DNA from: a virus
DNA: 64,000 nucleotides
Direction: 5' to 3' (one strand)
IMG/VR virus record: IMGVR_UViG_3300037041_000399
Coordinates: 14,237 to 78,236 of that record
The notes below the pieces were generated by a model. That model ran no database searches. It was not told the DNA's origin and saw only the letters and a list, made by a program, of their open reading frames with translations. Made by a program: the position numbers and the translations under genes. Positions 39,456 through 49,543 of the stretch are shown in pieces; position 1 is the stretch's first letter, and every line of letters starts with the position of its first letter.

Positions 39456-39890
39456 ATGAACCTATTGAACACAACAACAGCAACTACAGTAAACAACGTT
39501 AGTATCCGTTTCGCAGACAATGGCACACGTATTGAAATGCGTGGTGAGTTTGCAGCCATCCGCGAAGTAATCGCAAGCAACCCAGGAGTATGCATCGACA
39601 TGGACATGTATCAAGAAGGCCTCGACGAAGTAGTCGGAGGTATCTTCAATCGTGATGCACAACGCATCATCCTTGAGTTGACCTCAATGGGTGTTGAGCT
39701 TGAGAGAGACGGCTACAACACTTTCCGTGAAACAGGCCTAATGAATAACGGCTTTGTTCGCATTCGTGTATCAGAAGTAAATCTTCAGTTGCTAGCTGGA
39801 GAATCAATAGCTCGCCAAACAGCTGTAGCGGATGCAATCGGCGCATCAGTTACAGGCTCAATGCGTGGCTATGTAGTCTCAATGTGGTAA
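39456..39890 (+). CDS. Early hypothetical protein, highly-expressed-type codon usage
   Basis: RBS ttggag; C-ending codon preference (atc, ttc, aac). Confidence 0.65.
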   Translation: MNLLNTTTATTVNNVSIRFADNGTRIEMRGEFAAIREVIASNPGVCIDMDMYQEGLDEVVGGIFNRDAQRIILELTSMGVELERDGYNTFRETGLMNNGFVRIRVSEVNLQLLAGESIARQTAVADAIGASVTGSMRGYVVSMW

Positions 39891-39933
39891 ATGTATAAGA
39901 TAGTGCCAACAACTAACTTTAAAGGTGAACAAC

Positions 39934-40080
39934 ATGAATCCAGTACAAGCAGCACAAGCAGCAGTAGACGCGAAATTATTAGCAATGAAGATCGAACATG
40001 ATGCAAGAATTAAAGCATTAGATGAAGATAAAGAATTCGCTAAAATGCTAGCAGAAATGCAAGCTAAGCTTAAATGCTAA
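39934..40080 (+). CDS. 48-aa coiled-coil early protein (not in ORF track)
   Basis: MNPVQAAQAAVDAKLLAMKIEHDARIKALDEDKEFAKMLAEMQAKLKC; RBS aaggtg. Confidence 0.55.
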   Translation: MNPVQAAQAAVDAKLLAMKIEHDARIKALDEDKEFAKMLAEMQAKLKC

Positions 40081-40084
40081 TAAA

Positions 40085-40112
40085 AGACCTGAGTAGGTCT
40101 CTAAACTGCTTA
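40085..40112 (+). ncRNA. H-type pseudoknot RNA motif, copy 1
   Basis: AGAC-C-TGAGTA-G-GTCT-CTAAAC-TGCTTA; covaries with the copy at 45170. Confidence 0.65.
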
Positions 40113-40167
40113 GTGTCTAAGGGATGTGTATCCCATACTGATGATGGTTCAAAAGAACCGAAACACT
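40112..40167 (+). ncRNA. Type III hammerhead ribozyme
   Basis: GUC cleavage triplet 40115-17; stem I TA-A-GGGAT/ATCCC-A-TA; CUGAUGA 40138-44; stem II GGTTC-AAAA-GAACC; GAAA 40160-63; stem III AGTGT/ACACT. Confidence 0.85.
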
Positions 40168-40187
40168 TAATTATTTGGAGTATTACT

Positions 40188-41298
40188 ATGTTTAACAAAA
40201 TCAAAAATTATTTAAATGGCAACAGAAAAGAAATCGATGAAGCCAGAGAATTCCTTATCACATGGCAAGAAGGCCAAAAAGCTGCTGATGAACTAGTAGC
40301 TAAGTTTGAAGCAAAAGCCTTAGTAATGAAACTTGAAAGATTAGCGAGAGAACGTCATGCTTAATGCTAAAGTGTTGGACTACACTAAAAAGTTCGGGAA
40401 AGAAGTTCTTAATGTTCTTCAAACACCTGTCTTTGAGATTAAAATTGGGGAACCCAAACCTCAAGAACCAACACAAGAAGTTAATGATAAAGCAGATGAA
40501 TTAGCTGCTATGGTCGAACTCTTACAACGAAAATTTAATGGCTTATAAAGGATATTATTATGTTTACTTTTATTTCACACTTGTTCATGTCTCCATTTGA
40601 AATTTTTATGGAAACACTATTAAGCCCAATGGGTTTAATTATGATTGTAACGTTTGCATTAGCCATTGTTGGTTACTTCAAAGTACGTCAAGCCAGAAAG
40701 AATCATGCGCACATTGTTGTTATCAACTTGTGGGAATTGATCTTCTGGGTATCAGTTGTTATAACTTCAGGTTGTAACTTAGTATATGCAATCATGCATC
40801 CTTCAGTCTTTTGGTGATTTATGAAATTAAAATTTGCTTTCTATACATTGCTAACTATTCTAGTAGCAATTACAATGCTGTATGTAGGTGCGCTTCTTTA
40901 CAAAGTAGCGTTGTTGTTAATCGCGGTATTATTACTAATCATCGGATACCAAGTATCTGAATTAACACGGAGATTTACAAATGGCAGCTAACATAAGGCT
41001 TCAAGGTTTCTATCCAGTAGCAACTGAAAAGGTTTTAAATGAAGAAGCTCCTGGGGATCTATTCTTATCTCCTTTAGTGTATAGGCATACCGTGCGTGAA
41101 GTTGATGCAAGTCAGTTAGTTGTAATGGAAGATGTAGAAAAATTCATGTGTGGTTCCGGATGGGACTTCGCAGATGTAGTAGCTGTAGCAGATTTAACAG
41201 GAACAATTCCAATACCATTTTATGTGTTGAAGGAAAAGATTCCAAGGCTTTTAACCTTGGTTAATAGGTACAAACCAAGATTTATAGAAACTGTGTAA
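40188..41298 (+). CDS. Cluster of small early hypothetical genes (40188-40364, 40357-40548, 40560-40817 membrane protein, 40981-41298)
   Basis: Tightly packed ORFs with RBSs; first start reassigned to ATG 40188 (MFNKIK) after ttggag. Confidence 0.55.
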
Positions 41299-41304
41299 AA
41301 CAAA

Positions 41305-41359
41305 CCCTCTCTGGCTCCTTCGGGAGCTGGGGAGGGCTTTCTCTCTTATTTTTTTTTTT
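41305..41359 (+). terminator. Long cUUCGg hairpin with displaced T11 tract
   Basis: CCCTCTCTGGCTCC-TTCG-GGAGCTGGGGAGGG, 12-nt spacer, T11. Confidence 0.75.
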
Positions 41360-41556
41360 CTCAAACTGCAAACTTTGTAACCTTAGCTCATAACTGATGC
41401 CTTCGGGCATCGAATCTTTGTAGTCTACCAGGACAGCTATGAAGAATATTCTACAGGATTCGATTCTGTTATGTGCTTTAATTTTGTTTAATGGCATTCG
41501 TATTGAAACATTTACGATGTTTATCTTTTTAACCTTAATACTACCTAGGAATCATA

Positions 41557-43776
41557 ATGCGGAATAAGTTATTAAAGTCTTTACGTACAAGAATTGCTGT
41601 AGAAATTGCACCACAATCTCCAATTAAGTTTTTAAAGAAGCTTGACATAGAAGAGCATCTAGATGAGATTATTGCAAACACTTACTTGTACACAAGACCT
41701 AAAAAGGGTTCTGACAAGGAAATTATAATGTCAGAAGTAATTTGTATTATTGGGCACAATATGCGAAAGGGCGAAAAGAAAGATTCAGCTACAGCAGCCA
41801 GATGTGGTGCTTTTATTTTATACTCATTTGCAGAGCTAGGCCTCACAGAAATAGTAATGACTAGTGCAGCTAATGGCCACGGCACATACGTAGTTAAAGT
41901 CGTAGATGAAAAGAGTATGCAGGAATTATGGGAAACAGTATCTAGACAGGGTGGTAAGGGTAAATTACCATCAGCAACACCATATGCAGATTGGACAAGT
42001 TTTAGGCATGATACAGGTGCCGTTTTAGTTAAGACACAATCAAAAGCTGTAGCAGAAATCTTAACACCTGAAACACATCCAATTGTATTTGAGTCTATTA
42101 ATAAAAGTCAAAGAGTAGGTTGGCTGATTAACAAAGAAGTCTATAATATTGCTAAGTGGGCTTTAAGTAACAAAACAGAAGCATTCAGTGATATTTGGGA
42201 ACAGCATAATCCACAAGCACGTACAACTAAATTAAGAGAGACTAAAGCTATTCTTAGTATTGCAGACAAGTTTACTGATATTCCTTTTTACCATTTGTAC
42301 TATCTAGACTTTAGAGGTCGTAAATATCCAACTACAGCGTATCTACATGAGCAGTCTTCTGACATTGCTAAGGGCTTATTAATGCGTCAAGACAAGAAGG
42401 TTATTGGACAAGATGGTTTCTTTTGGCTATGCGTATCAATTGCAAGTAACTGGGCAGGTAACTCAGGTAGAGAAGATGGTGCTAAGACAGATAAAATACC
42501 TCTAAAAGACAGATATCAGTGGGTACTAGACAATGAAGAAATTCTGACAGCGTATGCACTTTCGCCTAAGCTAAATCAAGGCTGGATGGAAGCTGATAAG
42601 CCTTGGCAATTCTTAGCTGCTTGTATTGAGCTTAAGAACGCGTTAAGTATGGGTTCTAGTTATCTTCAGTATGAGTCTCATGTAGAGTGTTTCATTGACG
42701 GTTCTACTAATGGCTCACAGCATTTAAGTGCTCTCACTAGAGATGAAATTACAGCACCATATGTTAATTTAGTACCATTAGAAATGCCTGGAGATTTATA
42801 TGCATACGTGGCTAACCATGTGTGGAGTAAAATCTCGACTATTGTAAATGCAATGTCGCCAAGCTTAGTATTAGAGTGTGAAGAATTTATTGATGGATTA
42901 ATAGCGTTAAAAAGAAAGATTGTTGCGGCTGAACCCAAATCAGAGTTACGTAGTCAATTAGTGTCACAAATAAGAGCATACAAAACAAAATGGACAGATG
43001 TCGGTGAAAAGGCTTCTCCAGTATTTTGGCATAGAATTAAAGATAGTAAGCAACGTAGAAAGATTGTTAAAAGGAATGTAATGACATTACCGTATGGCGG
43101 TTCAGGGTATGGCTTGTCAGAACAACAAATTGATGATTCTAAAAAGCATGGTATAGAATTGTTAATGAATATGGAACACAAATGGGCATCATGGATGGGA
43201 CGATTAGTATTTGAAGATGCTAAAGAATCTTTACAAAGACCTATGATGCTATTAGAAGTATTTGAGAAAGCTGGAGCAGCTGCTGAGAAGAAAGGTAAAT
43301 TCTTAGAGTGGACAGTGCCTGTTACAAATTTCCCTGTAGTGCAAAATTATACAGAAGGTCGTACTAAAAAGATACATATTCAATGGGGTCCGAGAATTGG
43401 CATTAGGAGTGAAACCACCGGATACTTTGGAAATGATATACAATTACATATATGTTTTATTGAGGATCAAGTACCCTCAAAAGGAAAGCAGTCCCAAGGA
43501 GCAGCACCAAATGTAATCCATTCATTGGATGCAGCGCACTTAGCGATGACAACAGCTAAATGCGATTTTCCTATTACGACTATACATGATTCCTATGGCT
43601 GCCTGCTTGCAGATATGCCTAAGCTATATCAATGTGTGCGTGATACTTTTGTCGAGCTTTACCAAGAGAATCCTTTGTTTCCCCTGATCGATAAGATAAA
43701 TGGCGATTTAAGCTATTTAGATATGGGTGAGCTGGATGTTAATTTAATTCTAGAAAGTGAATATGCTTTCGCATAG
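41557..43776 (+). CDS. T7-like single-subunit DNA-directed RNA polymerase (second RNAP)
   Basis: DFRGRKY; motif A FIDGSTNGSQH; motif B RKIVKRNVMTLPYG; PNVIHSLDAAH; motif C TIHDSY. Confidence 0.95.
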   Translation: MRNKLLKSLRTRIAVEIAPQSPIKFLKKLDIEEHLDEIIANTYLYTRPKKGSDKEIIMSEVICIIGHNMRKGEKKDSATAARCGAFILYSFAELGLTEIVMTSAANGHGTYVVKVVDEKSMQELWETVSRQGGKGKLPSATPYADWTSFRHDTGAVLVKTQSKAVAEILTPETHPIVFESINKSQRVGWLINKEVYNIAKWALSNKTEAFSDIWEQHNPQARTTKLRETKAILSIADKFTDIPFYHLYYLDFRGRKYPTTAYLHEQSSDIAKGLLMRQDKKVIGQDGFFWLCVSIASNWAGNSGREDGAKTDKIPLKDRYQWVLDNEEILTAYALSPKLNQGWMEADKPWQFLAACIELKNALSMGSSYLQYESHVECFIDGSTNGSQHLSALTRDEITAPYVNLVPLEMPGDLYAYVANHVWSKISTIVNAMSPSLVLECEEFIDGLIALKRKIVAAEPKSELRSQLVSQIRAYKTKWTDVGEKASPVFWHRIKDSKQRRKIVKRNVMTLPYGGSGYGLSEQQIDDSKKHGIELLMNMEHKWASWMGRLVFEDAKESLQRPMMLLEVFEKAGAAAEKKGKFLEWTVPVTNFPVVQNYTEGRTKKIHIQWGPRIGIRSETTGYFGNDIQLHICFIEDQVPSKGKQSQGAAPNVIHSLDAAHLAMTTAKCDFPITTIHDSYGCLLADMPKLYQCVRDTFVELYQENPLFPLIDKINGDLSYLDMGELDVNLILESEYAFA

Positions 43777-43785
43777 GAGTTTATA

Positions 43786-45163
43786 ATGCAGTTAATGACA
43801 ATTCGTGAGTACTTAGAAATGATTGAGTTTGAAGTGTGCTATCAGACATTGAGCCACAGGCTAACCTTGCTAGGGGTCAAACCTCTTCATTTCAAACGAG
43901 TTGGTAAGAATTTAGCAGGGTTATTTAAATTGTCTGATTTACAAGCTGCTGGTAATTACAAGAAAAGGCTACCACGTAAGCCACAACCTATAGTCTTGCA
44001 AACAGAAATACTTACTTTTCTTAGTAACCCTTTAACACCTGTACATCGCTGGTACGGCTACAGAAATGAGGAATTAAAATGGCTTTAACAATGTTTCCAG
44101 GCGGTATTAAAGAGCCTCAAGATAGAATACTTCTTGTGGTACAAGGCAAGCCAGAGCATATAGAGCAACTCAATGAGATGCTTAAAGCTGGATGGAGAGT
44201 AGCTGAAATTATTTCTCTTAGTGGATTTGCAAATCTACCGGGAGAAGCACATTATTTACTTAATAGAGGAGATACGTTATGAAGATCTTAAGAACACCTT
44301 TACACAAGATTGTATCAGGTTCAACTGGAGTAGCTAATCCAGCTTTCTTAAATGCAGCAGCTTTAGGGCCAGAAGAAACTATAACTGAGATTATTAACAA
44401 GGCTATGACATACACAAGAGAACCTGCAACAGAAAAGTTCTCTACAGAAGTTTTGGCATACGTTAATAATGTAATTAATATGTACCTAAGAGAAATCTTA
44501 GTTAACGGTACTTGCTATAAGCATCACTTAGCTACAAATGATGTAGGGTTTGTATTTGATGTATCCTACTCTACAACAGTAGGTAAAGGTACAGGAATTA
44601 GCGCTGAAGTGCAAGTACTACAAGATGATGATACAATTAGAGATTTCTATTTGCATTATCGTGTTGTGCTACCAAACGGTACTACAACAACATGGCGCAT
44701 TGACAGCGTTGAAGATAGCAACTGGTTGAGCTATATGGCTCAAGAATAATAGGAGAATAAAATGAAAGATAAATTAGATACACTATTAGCATTAGCTTTA
44801 GTCCACAATTGGACTGTTGATAGAGAAATGGGCTATGAAATTGCAGAAGTAAAAGAATTTCATGGCACCGATCTTATAGAGTGGGACGAAGACTTTGCTG
44901 AAGAGATTGAAGAAGAATATGATGAAATGATGTATGTCTTTAGAAAAGACGGCACTGTCTTAACGTATAATGAAGAATCAGGCAGCTACTTTAACTTCTA
45001 TGATGCATTACAAGTAGAGCCTGATCCTCTTGAAACCTATTGGAGAGAAGCAATAGCTGATAGTACATATGATACATTCTTAACAGAAAATATCAAACGC
45101 GGTAGCATACGAGAACCGAATCCAAACTATCCGTCTGAAGAAGACTTAAGAGTGACTTACTAA
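43786..45163 (+). CDS. Four hypothetical genes (43786-44088, 44079-44282, 44279-44749, 44762-45163 acidic)
   Basis: Coupled ORFs with RBSs downstream of the RNAP gene. Confidence 0.55.
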
Positions 45164-45169
45164 GTAATA

Positions 45170-45197
45170 AAGCCTGGGTATGCTTCTTAACTGCCCA
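45170..45197 (+). ncRNA. H-type pseudoknot RNA motif, copy 2
   Basis: AAGC-C-TGGGTA-T-GCTT-CTTAAC-TGCCCA; same geometry as 40085-40112 with compensatory changes. Confidence 0.65.
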
Positions 45198-45219
45198 CAA
45201 CTGACAGAAGGAGGTAGTC

Positions 45220-45597
45220 ATGTTAGGAATGACTCCAACACTATGTCTCGTTGCTGCAATGTACTTCGAGGCTAGAAACCAAACGTCCGATGCCATGTTA
45301 GGTGTCGGTCAAGTATTAATGGAGAATACAGAGAATGGCAAAACTATGTATGACACATTGAAAAAGAAGGGGCTGTTCTCTTGGGCTAGGAAAGGAGTTA
45401 AAATACCTAAACCTAAGAGTCCGGCGGACGTTGAAGTTTTTGAGCATCAGCAGAAGCTGGCGCGAAAAATGCTTTTCAAACAACTTAGAACACCTTTATT
45501 ACGAGGTAAGTATAGGTATTTTAATAATTGGCAACTAGGCAGGCGATTTAAGACTAATGTACCGTTAGTTAGAATTGATGACTTAGTTTTCTATTGA
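45220..45597 (+). CDS. SleB/CwlJ-like cell wall hydrolase (Hydrolase_2)
   Basis: CLVAAMYFEARNQ...GVGQV...FSW...IDDLVFY signature. Confidence 0.75.
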   Translation: MLGMTPTLCLVAAMYFEARNQTSDAMLGVGQVLMENTENGKTMYDTLKKKGLFSWARKGVKIPKPKSPADVEVFEHQQKLARKMLFKQLRTPLLRGKYRYFNNWQLGRRFKTNVPLVRIDDLVFY

Positions 45598-45604
45598 GGA
45601 TTTT

Positions 45605-46526
45605 ATGGACAATATTAGAGCAGTAATTGATTATGTAATTGGGTCTGAGGCGTATGACTATGAAAACTACGTAACTGAAGTTTGGTGGGATCGAGACTTT
45701 TCACTAGAGAATAAAGAGCAACTAGAGATATCTTTGATAGATCCAGAAGTTGATCATCCCTATAAGACTGCAGTACTAGCACAGAGAGAGCTAGGAACCT
45801 TAGGAAAACCTGAACCTGTTTTTCTAGACCTAACAATGGATCAGTTTGCGGCATTAGTATCATGAGTGTCTGGGAATATCTACTAATTGCCTACGCTATA
45901 TTAGCTACGTATCGATTAGGCAAAGTTCTACAAGAGCTTATGCGATACAAAGAACATTGTGCTGATTTAGAAGCACGATTAATTTTAACAACACTAGGTA
46001 AAAGACCTGATGACAGCCTTCACTAACGATGAAAGCCTTGAGCTATTACATTTATTAACTTTACTTGGCGCTATAATAGGAATGCCTGAAGATCACGAAG
46101 CAGACAACTATAAGTTAACTGCAATTAAAATTATTGAATTTAAGGAGAACCTACATGCTAGTCTTGAAAACCGTTTATGATGTACGTGTATTGCCTGAAA
46201 GCTATAAAGATGTATTAGTTGATTTGGAGCCTGTCATTGGTGACCTTTCAAATCACCATGAGCTAATGGATAAGCTAGGCGGTAACGTATATATCCTTGA
46301 AGAAGAAGCAGAGTTAGAGAATATCGAAGTATATGACTTAGATCATGGAAATGGTACCTTACTTACTATGCCAGGCTCATTTGACATGGCTGAGAGATTT
46401 GCAGGTGACTGGGTAAAAGTCATGAATGTTACTTCTAATTCAGGAGGTGCTGTTTATTATATACCGCCTGCAGTTGCAGACCTTAACGATCATGTGTCCG
46501 AAAGTATTGATCTTTCGAATTACTAG
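45605..46526 (+). CDS. Small hypothetical genes (45605-45865, 46134-46526 and two short ORFs between)
   Basis: ORFs with RBSs; acidic. Confidence 0.45.
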
Positions 46527-46528
46527 AC

Positions 46529-46544
46529 CCCGTTAAATTAACCC
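46529..46544 (+). promoter_or_regulatory. CCCGTTAAATTAACCC motif, copy 4 (ahead of replication operon)
   Basis: Exact 16-nt core 30 nt upstream of the SSB start. Confidence 0.75.
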
Positions 46545-46574
46545 CTTCTAAACATTTATACATGAGATTTAAAA

Positions 46575-47045
46575 ATGGCAAATTTATATAATTTGGAAAT
46601 ACACCACCCAAACCTTGTAAAAGGTAAGAATAACTATGATCCAAGTAAACCTAAATGGTCTGCTATGTTAGTAACTAAAAAAGAAGCACAAGCAAAAGAA
46701 GTTGCAAGTATGGGAATTAAAGTTACTGAGTTTAAAACTAACGAGGGTAAGATAGCTTGGAAATTTAACGTAAGCAAGAATGTAACAAAGTTTACAGGAG
46801 AGCCAAGTACCCCTATTAGTGTTGTAGATATGGACGATAATCCATTGCCGAAAGATAATATTGGTAATGGTAGTATTGTAAATGTCAGATTATTTGAACG
46901 AGAATACGTAAACAAAGCCGGTAAGCCTGCAATAAGTTATATACTAATGGCAATACAAATTGTTAAATTGATTGAGTATAAGCCTACAAAACCTGGTGAT
47001 TTTCCTCCTGCTGCTATTGAGTACGAAGATGGAGATGTATTCTAA
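46575..47045 (+). CDS. Single-stranded DNA-binding protein (T7 gp2.5-like)
   Basis: IGNGSIVNV motif, AIQIVKLIEY, acidic tail ending in Phe (EYEDGDVF). Confidence 0.75.
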   Translation: MANLYNLEIHHPNLVKGKNNYDPSKPKWSAMLVTKKEAQAKEVASMGIKVTEFKTNEGKIAWKFNVSKNVTKFTGEPSTPISVVDMDDNPLPKDNIGNGSIVNVRLFEREYVNKAGKPAISYILMAIQIVKLIEYKPTKPGDFPPAAIEYEDGDVF

Positions 47046-47545
47046 TGGCACGCTACAAGTATACTGTAGTAGATGGACTTGGCATTGAAGGCGCAGAATA
47101 TTTCGACTTTAAAGAGATCCCTATTAATGCTATTATGGGAGACTATGGGCACGTTATATCTACACGTATCGAAGACGGCACAAAAGCAGGTGCCTTAGTG
47201 ACCAGAGATGATTATGAAGCTTGGCGTGAAATGCTTGATCGCTGTCATTGGCTCCCAAAGTCTGAAATTGTACAAGCTGTAGATCCAAAGCATTATAAAG
47301 GCTACGTAGAAGAGTTCCAGTGGATCGATACTATGAGCCGTATCCCTACGTTAAAAGATCCTAAGATATTTTCTGGTGCTGTAGAAATGCAAATTAGAAA
47401 ATACCTTGACCGCAATGGTCAGAAAGATGATGTTGTACAAGAGCTACTTAAAGCGCGATGGTATTTAAACTACTTGATTGCTTATAAGATTGCAGACAGA
47501 CCAATCATGGTAGATGAGGTCGAAGATATTATATCTTCAATTTAA
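47045..47545 (+). CDS. DUF3310-like protein (T7 gp1.7 nucleotide kinase-like)
   Basis: VDPKHY...IRKYLDRNGQKDDVVQELLKARWYL. Confidence 0.65.
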   Translation: MARYKYTVVDGLGIEGAEYFDFKEIPINAIMGDYGHVISTRIEDGTKAGALVTRDDYEAWREMLDRCHWLPKSEIVQAVDPKHYKGYVEEFQWIDTMSRIPTLKDPKIFSGAVEMQIRKYLDRNGQKDDVVQELLKARWYLNYLIAYKIADRPIMVDEVEDIISSI

Positions 47546-47553
47546 CAACAAAA

Positions 47554-47584
47554 GGGCGTTTCGTTTAATACGGAGCGCCTTTTA
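47554..47584 (+). terminator. Intrinsic terminator
   Basis: GGGCGTTTCGT/ACGGAGCGCCT stem with T-run. Confidence 0.6.
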
Positions 47585-47593
47585 TTCGAGGCT

Positions 47594-49543
47594 ATGATGA
47601 ATTATATATTCGATGTAGAGACAGATGGTCTCTTACCTAATGTAACACGCATGTGGATTATGGTCGTTAAAGATCTAAGTACAGGAAAGAAAACACGCTA
47701 CTTAGAAGGAGACTTTGGTTGGAAAACTCTATTTAACAATGCTAACCAGCTAATTGGGCACAATATAATTGGGTATGATATTTGTGTGCTAGAGAAATTG
47801 TTTGGATACAAAGTACCTGAGAAGACTAAAATAGTTGACACATTAATTCTTTCTCAAGTATTAGACTACAAACGTTTCGGAGATAAAGGACACTCACTAA
47901 AAGTATGGGGTGAACATCTAGGGTATCCTAAGCAAGAATTTGAAGACTGGACACAGTATTCAGAAACTATGGCTGAGTATTGCGAAAACGACGTAGAGGT
48001 TAACTTCAGAATCCTAAAAGACTTACGGGATGAACTTAAGAAAGGTGAAGAGAAGTATCCAGAGCAGTTTAAAGTCTTGACACAATATATCAAGGTAGAA
48101 CATGCTGTAGCTAAATGGTGCGCTGAAGCTAGTCTTCATGGGTGGCCTTTCGATACTAATAAGGCTTATGAACTTTACGATGAACTCGAAGCAAAGATGA
48201 ATAGTACTTATGAGATTCTGAATAAAAAGCTAGGTCTTAAGGTAGTTGCAGTTGACAAGAAGCTTGGTGTAGTAGAAGCTAAAAAGCCTAAGTACAAGAA
48301 AGATGGTAGTTATGATGCGCATACAGCTAGGTGGTTTGATGTCAATCCTTGGAGTGGCTTTGAGCCTGAAGATAGAATTGTTGATGGCGAGTATTGTCGT
48401 ATTACGATTGAACCTCTTAGTCTTAATTCTGTAACTGATGTAAAGGTATTCTTGTATAGGCACGGCTGGAAACCAACAGATTGGAACTACAAGCTAACTG
48501 AAGACTTAAAGCGTGAAAGAACAACACCTAAGATTACTGAAGATAGTTTAGAATTCTTAGGTGGTGATGGCAAGTTGTATAGTAACTATTTAACTGAAAA
48601 AGCAAGGCATTCGATTGTAAAAACATGGTTGGAGAATGTAGATGGCAATAGTAGACTTCATGGAGACTGTATGGTTATCGGGACCCCTAGTATGCGTTCA
48701 CGTCATAGTATTATTGTTAATATCCCTAGTCCTGATGCTCCATACGGGAAACAAATGAGAGCATTGTTTAAATGTATCCCTGGTTGGAAAGTAGTAGGCT
48801 GTGATAGTGCTGGTAATCAAGCTAGAGGTCTAGCACATTTCTTAGAAGATGAAGGCTTTACAGATATCTTACTTAATGGTGATATTCATACCTTTAATGC
48901 AGATACTCTCAATCGTATCTTGAAAGAAACACTTAATATAGATTGGAATGACTACTGGATTAAGCAAGGTGTAACGGCAGATGAGAAGCATACTCTAGAA
49001 GAGAATCTAGCATTAAGAAGAAGAAATTGTGCTAAGCGTGTATTATACGCTTTCTTATTTGGTGCCTCAGGTGGTAAGCTTTGGAGCTATATGTTCAATG
49101 GTGAAATGAATGATACAAAGGGTGCTAAAGTTAAGAAAGAGTTTATTAAAGCCGTGCCAGGATTCAAGGCACTCTTAGATAAGCTTGAAGCTATCTTTGG
49201 TAAAACGAAACAGAGAGGACTTGGGTATATCCCTAGTCTAGCGCACAATAGGGTATACGTAGACTCCTTTCATAAACTATTGGTGTATCTCTTACAATCC
49301 GCAGAAAAGATTACTTGTGGTGCAGCTTGTATGCTAGTACAACAGTATCTTAAAGAAGAGAAAATTCCGTATCAACCTTTGATTATGTACCATGATGAAT
49401 TCCAATTAATGGTACCAGAGGAATATGCAGAACGTGCAGTAGAGCTTGGCATTAAGGCTTTCCAAGAAGGCCCTAAACTATTTGGAGTCACTATCATGGA
49501 TGGCTCTGGTTCCTTTGGCGATAATTGGTTGGAGACACACTAG
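47594..49543 (+). CDS. Family A DNA polymerase with 3'-5' exonuclease (T7 gp5-like)
   Basis: Exo motifs FDVETDG, HNIIGYD, YCENDV; pol motifs GCDSAGNQAR, AKRVLYAFLFG, YHDE. Confidence 0.95.
   Translation: MMNYIFDVETDGLLPNVTRMWIMVVKDLSTGKKTRYLEGDFGWKTLFNNANQLIGHNIIGYDICVLEKLFGYKVPEKTKIVDTLILSQVLDYKRFGDKGHSLKVWGEHLGYPKQEFEDWTQYSETMAEYCENDVEVNFRILKDLRDELKKGEEKYPEQFKVLTQYIKVEHAVAKWCAEASLHGWPFDTNKAYELYDELEAKMNSTYEILNKKLGLKVVAVDKKLGVVEAKKPKYKKDGSYDAHTARWFDVNPWSGFEPEDRIVDGEYCRITIEPLSLNSVTDVKVFLYRHGWKPTDWNYKLTEDLKRERTTPKITEDSLEFLGGDGKLYSNYLTEKARHSIVKTWLENVDGNSRLHGDCMVIGTPSMRSRHSIIVNIPSPDAPYGKQMRALFKCIPGWKVVGCDSAGNQARGLAHFLEDEGFTDILLNGDIHTFNADTLNRILKETLNIDWNDYWIKQGVTADEKHTLEENLALRRRNCAKRVLYAFLFGASGGKLWSYMFNGEMNDTKGAKVKKEFIKAVPGFKALLDKLEAIFGKTKQRGLGYIPSLAHNRVYVDSFHKLLVYLLQSAEKITCGAACMLVQQYLKEEKIPYQPLIMYHDEFQLMVPEEYAERAVELGIKAFQEGPKLFGVTIMDGSGSFGDNWLETH

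Noticed and set aside
39263-39502. ORF 39263-39502
   Set aside because: Spans a promoter motif and overlaps better-supported genes
40078-40112. Pseudoknot as a stop-codon read-through signal
   Set aside because: Upstream gene ends in tandem TAA TAA, so read-through would be unproductive
40074-40187. Upstream start of ORF 40074-40364
   Set aside because: Region is occupied by the pseudoknot and hammerhead; the RBS supports ATG 40188
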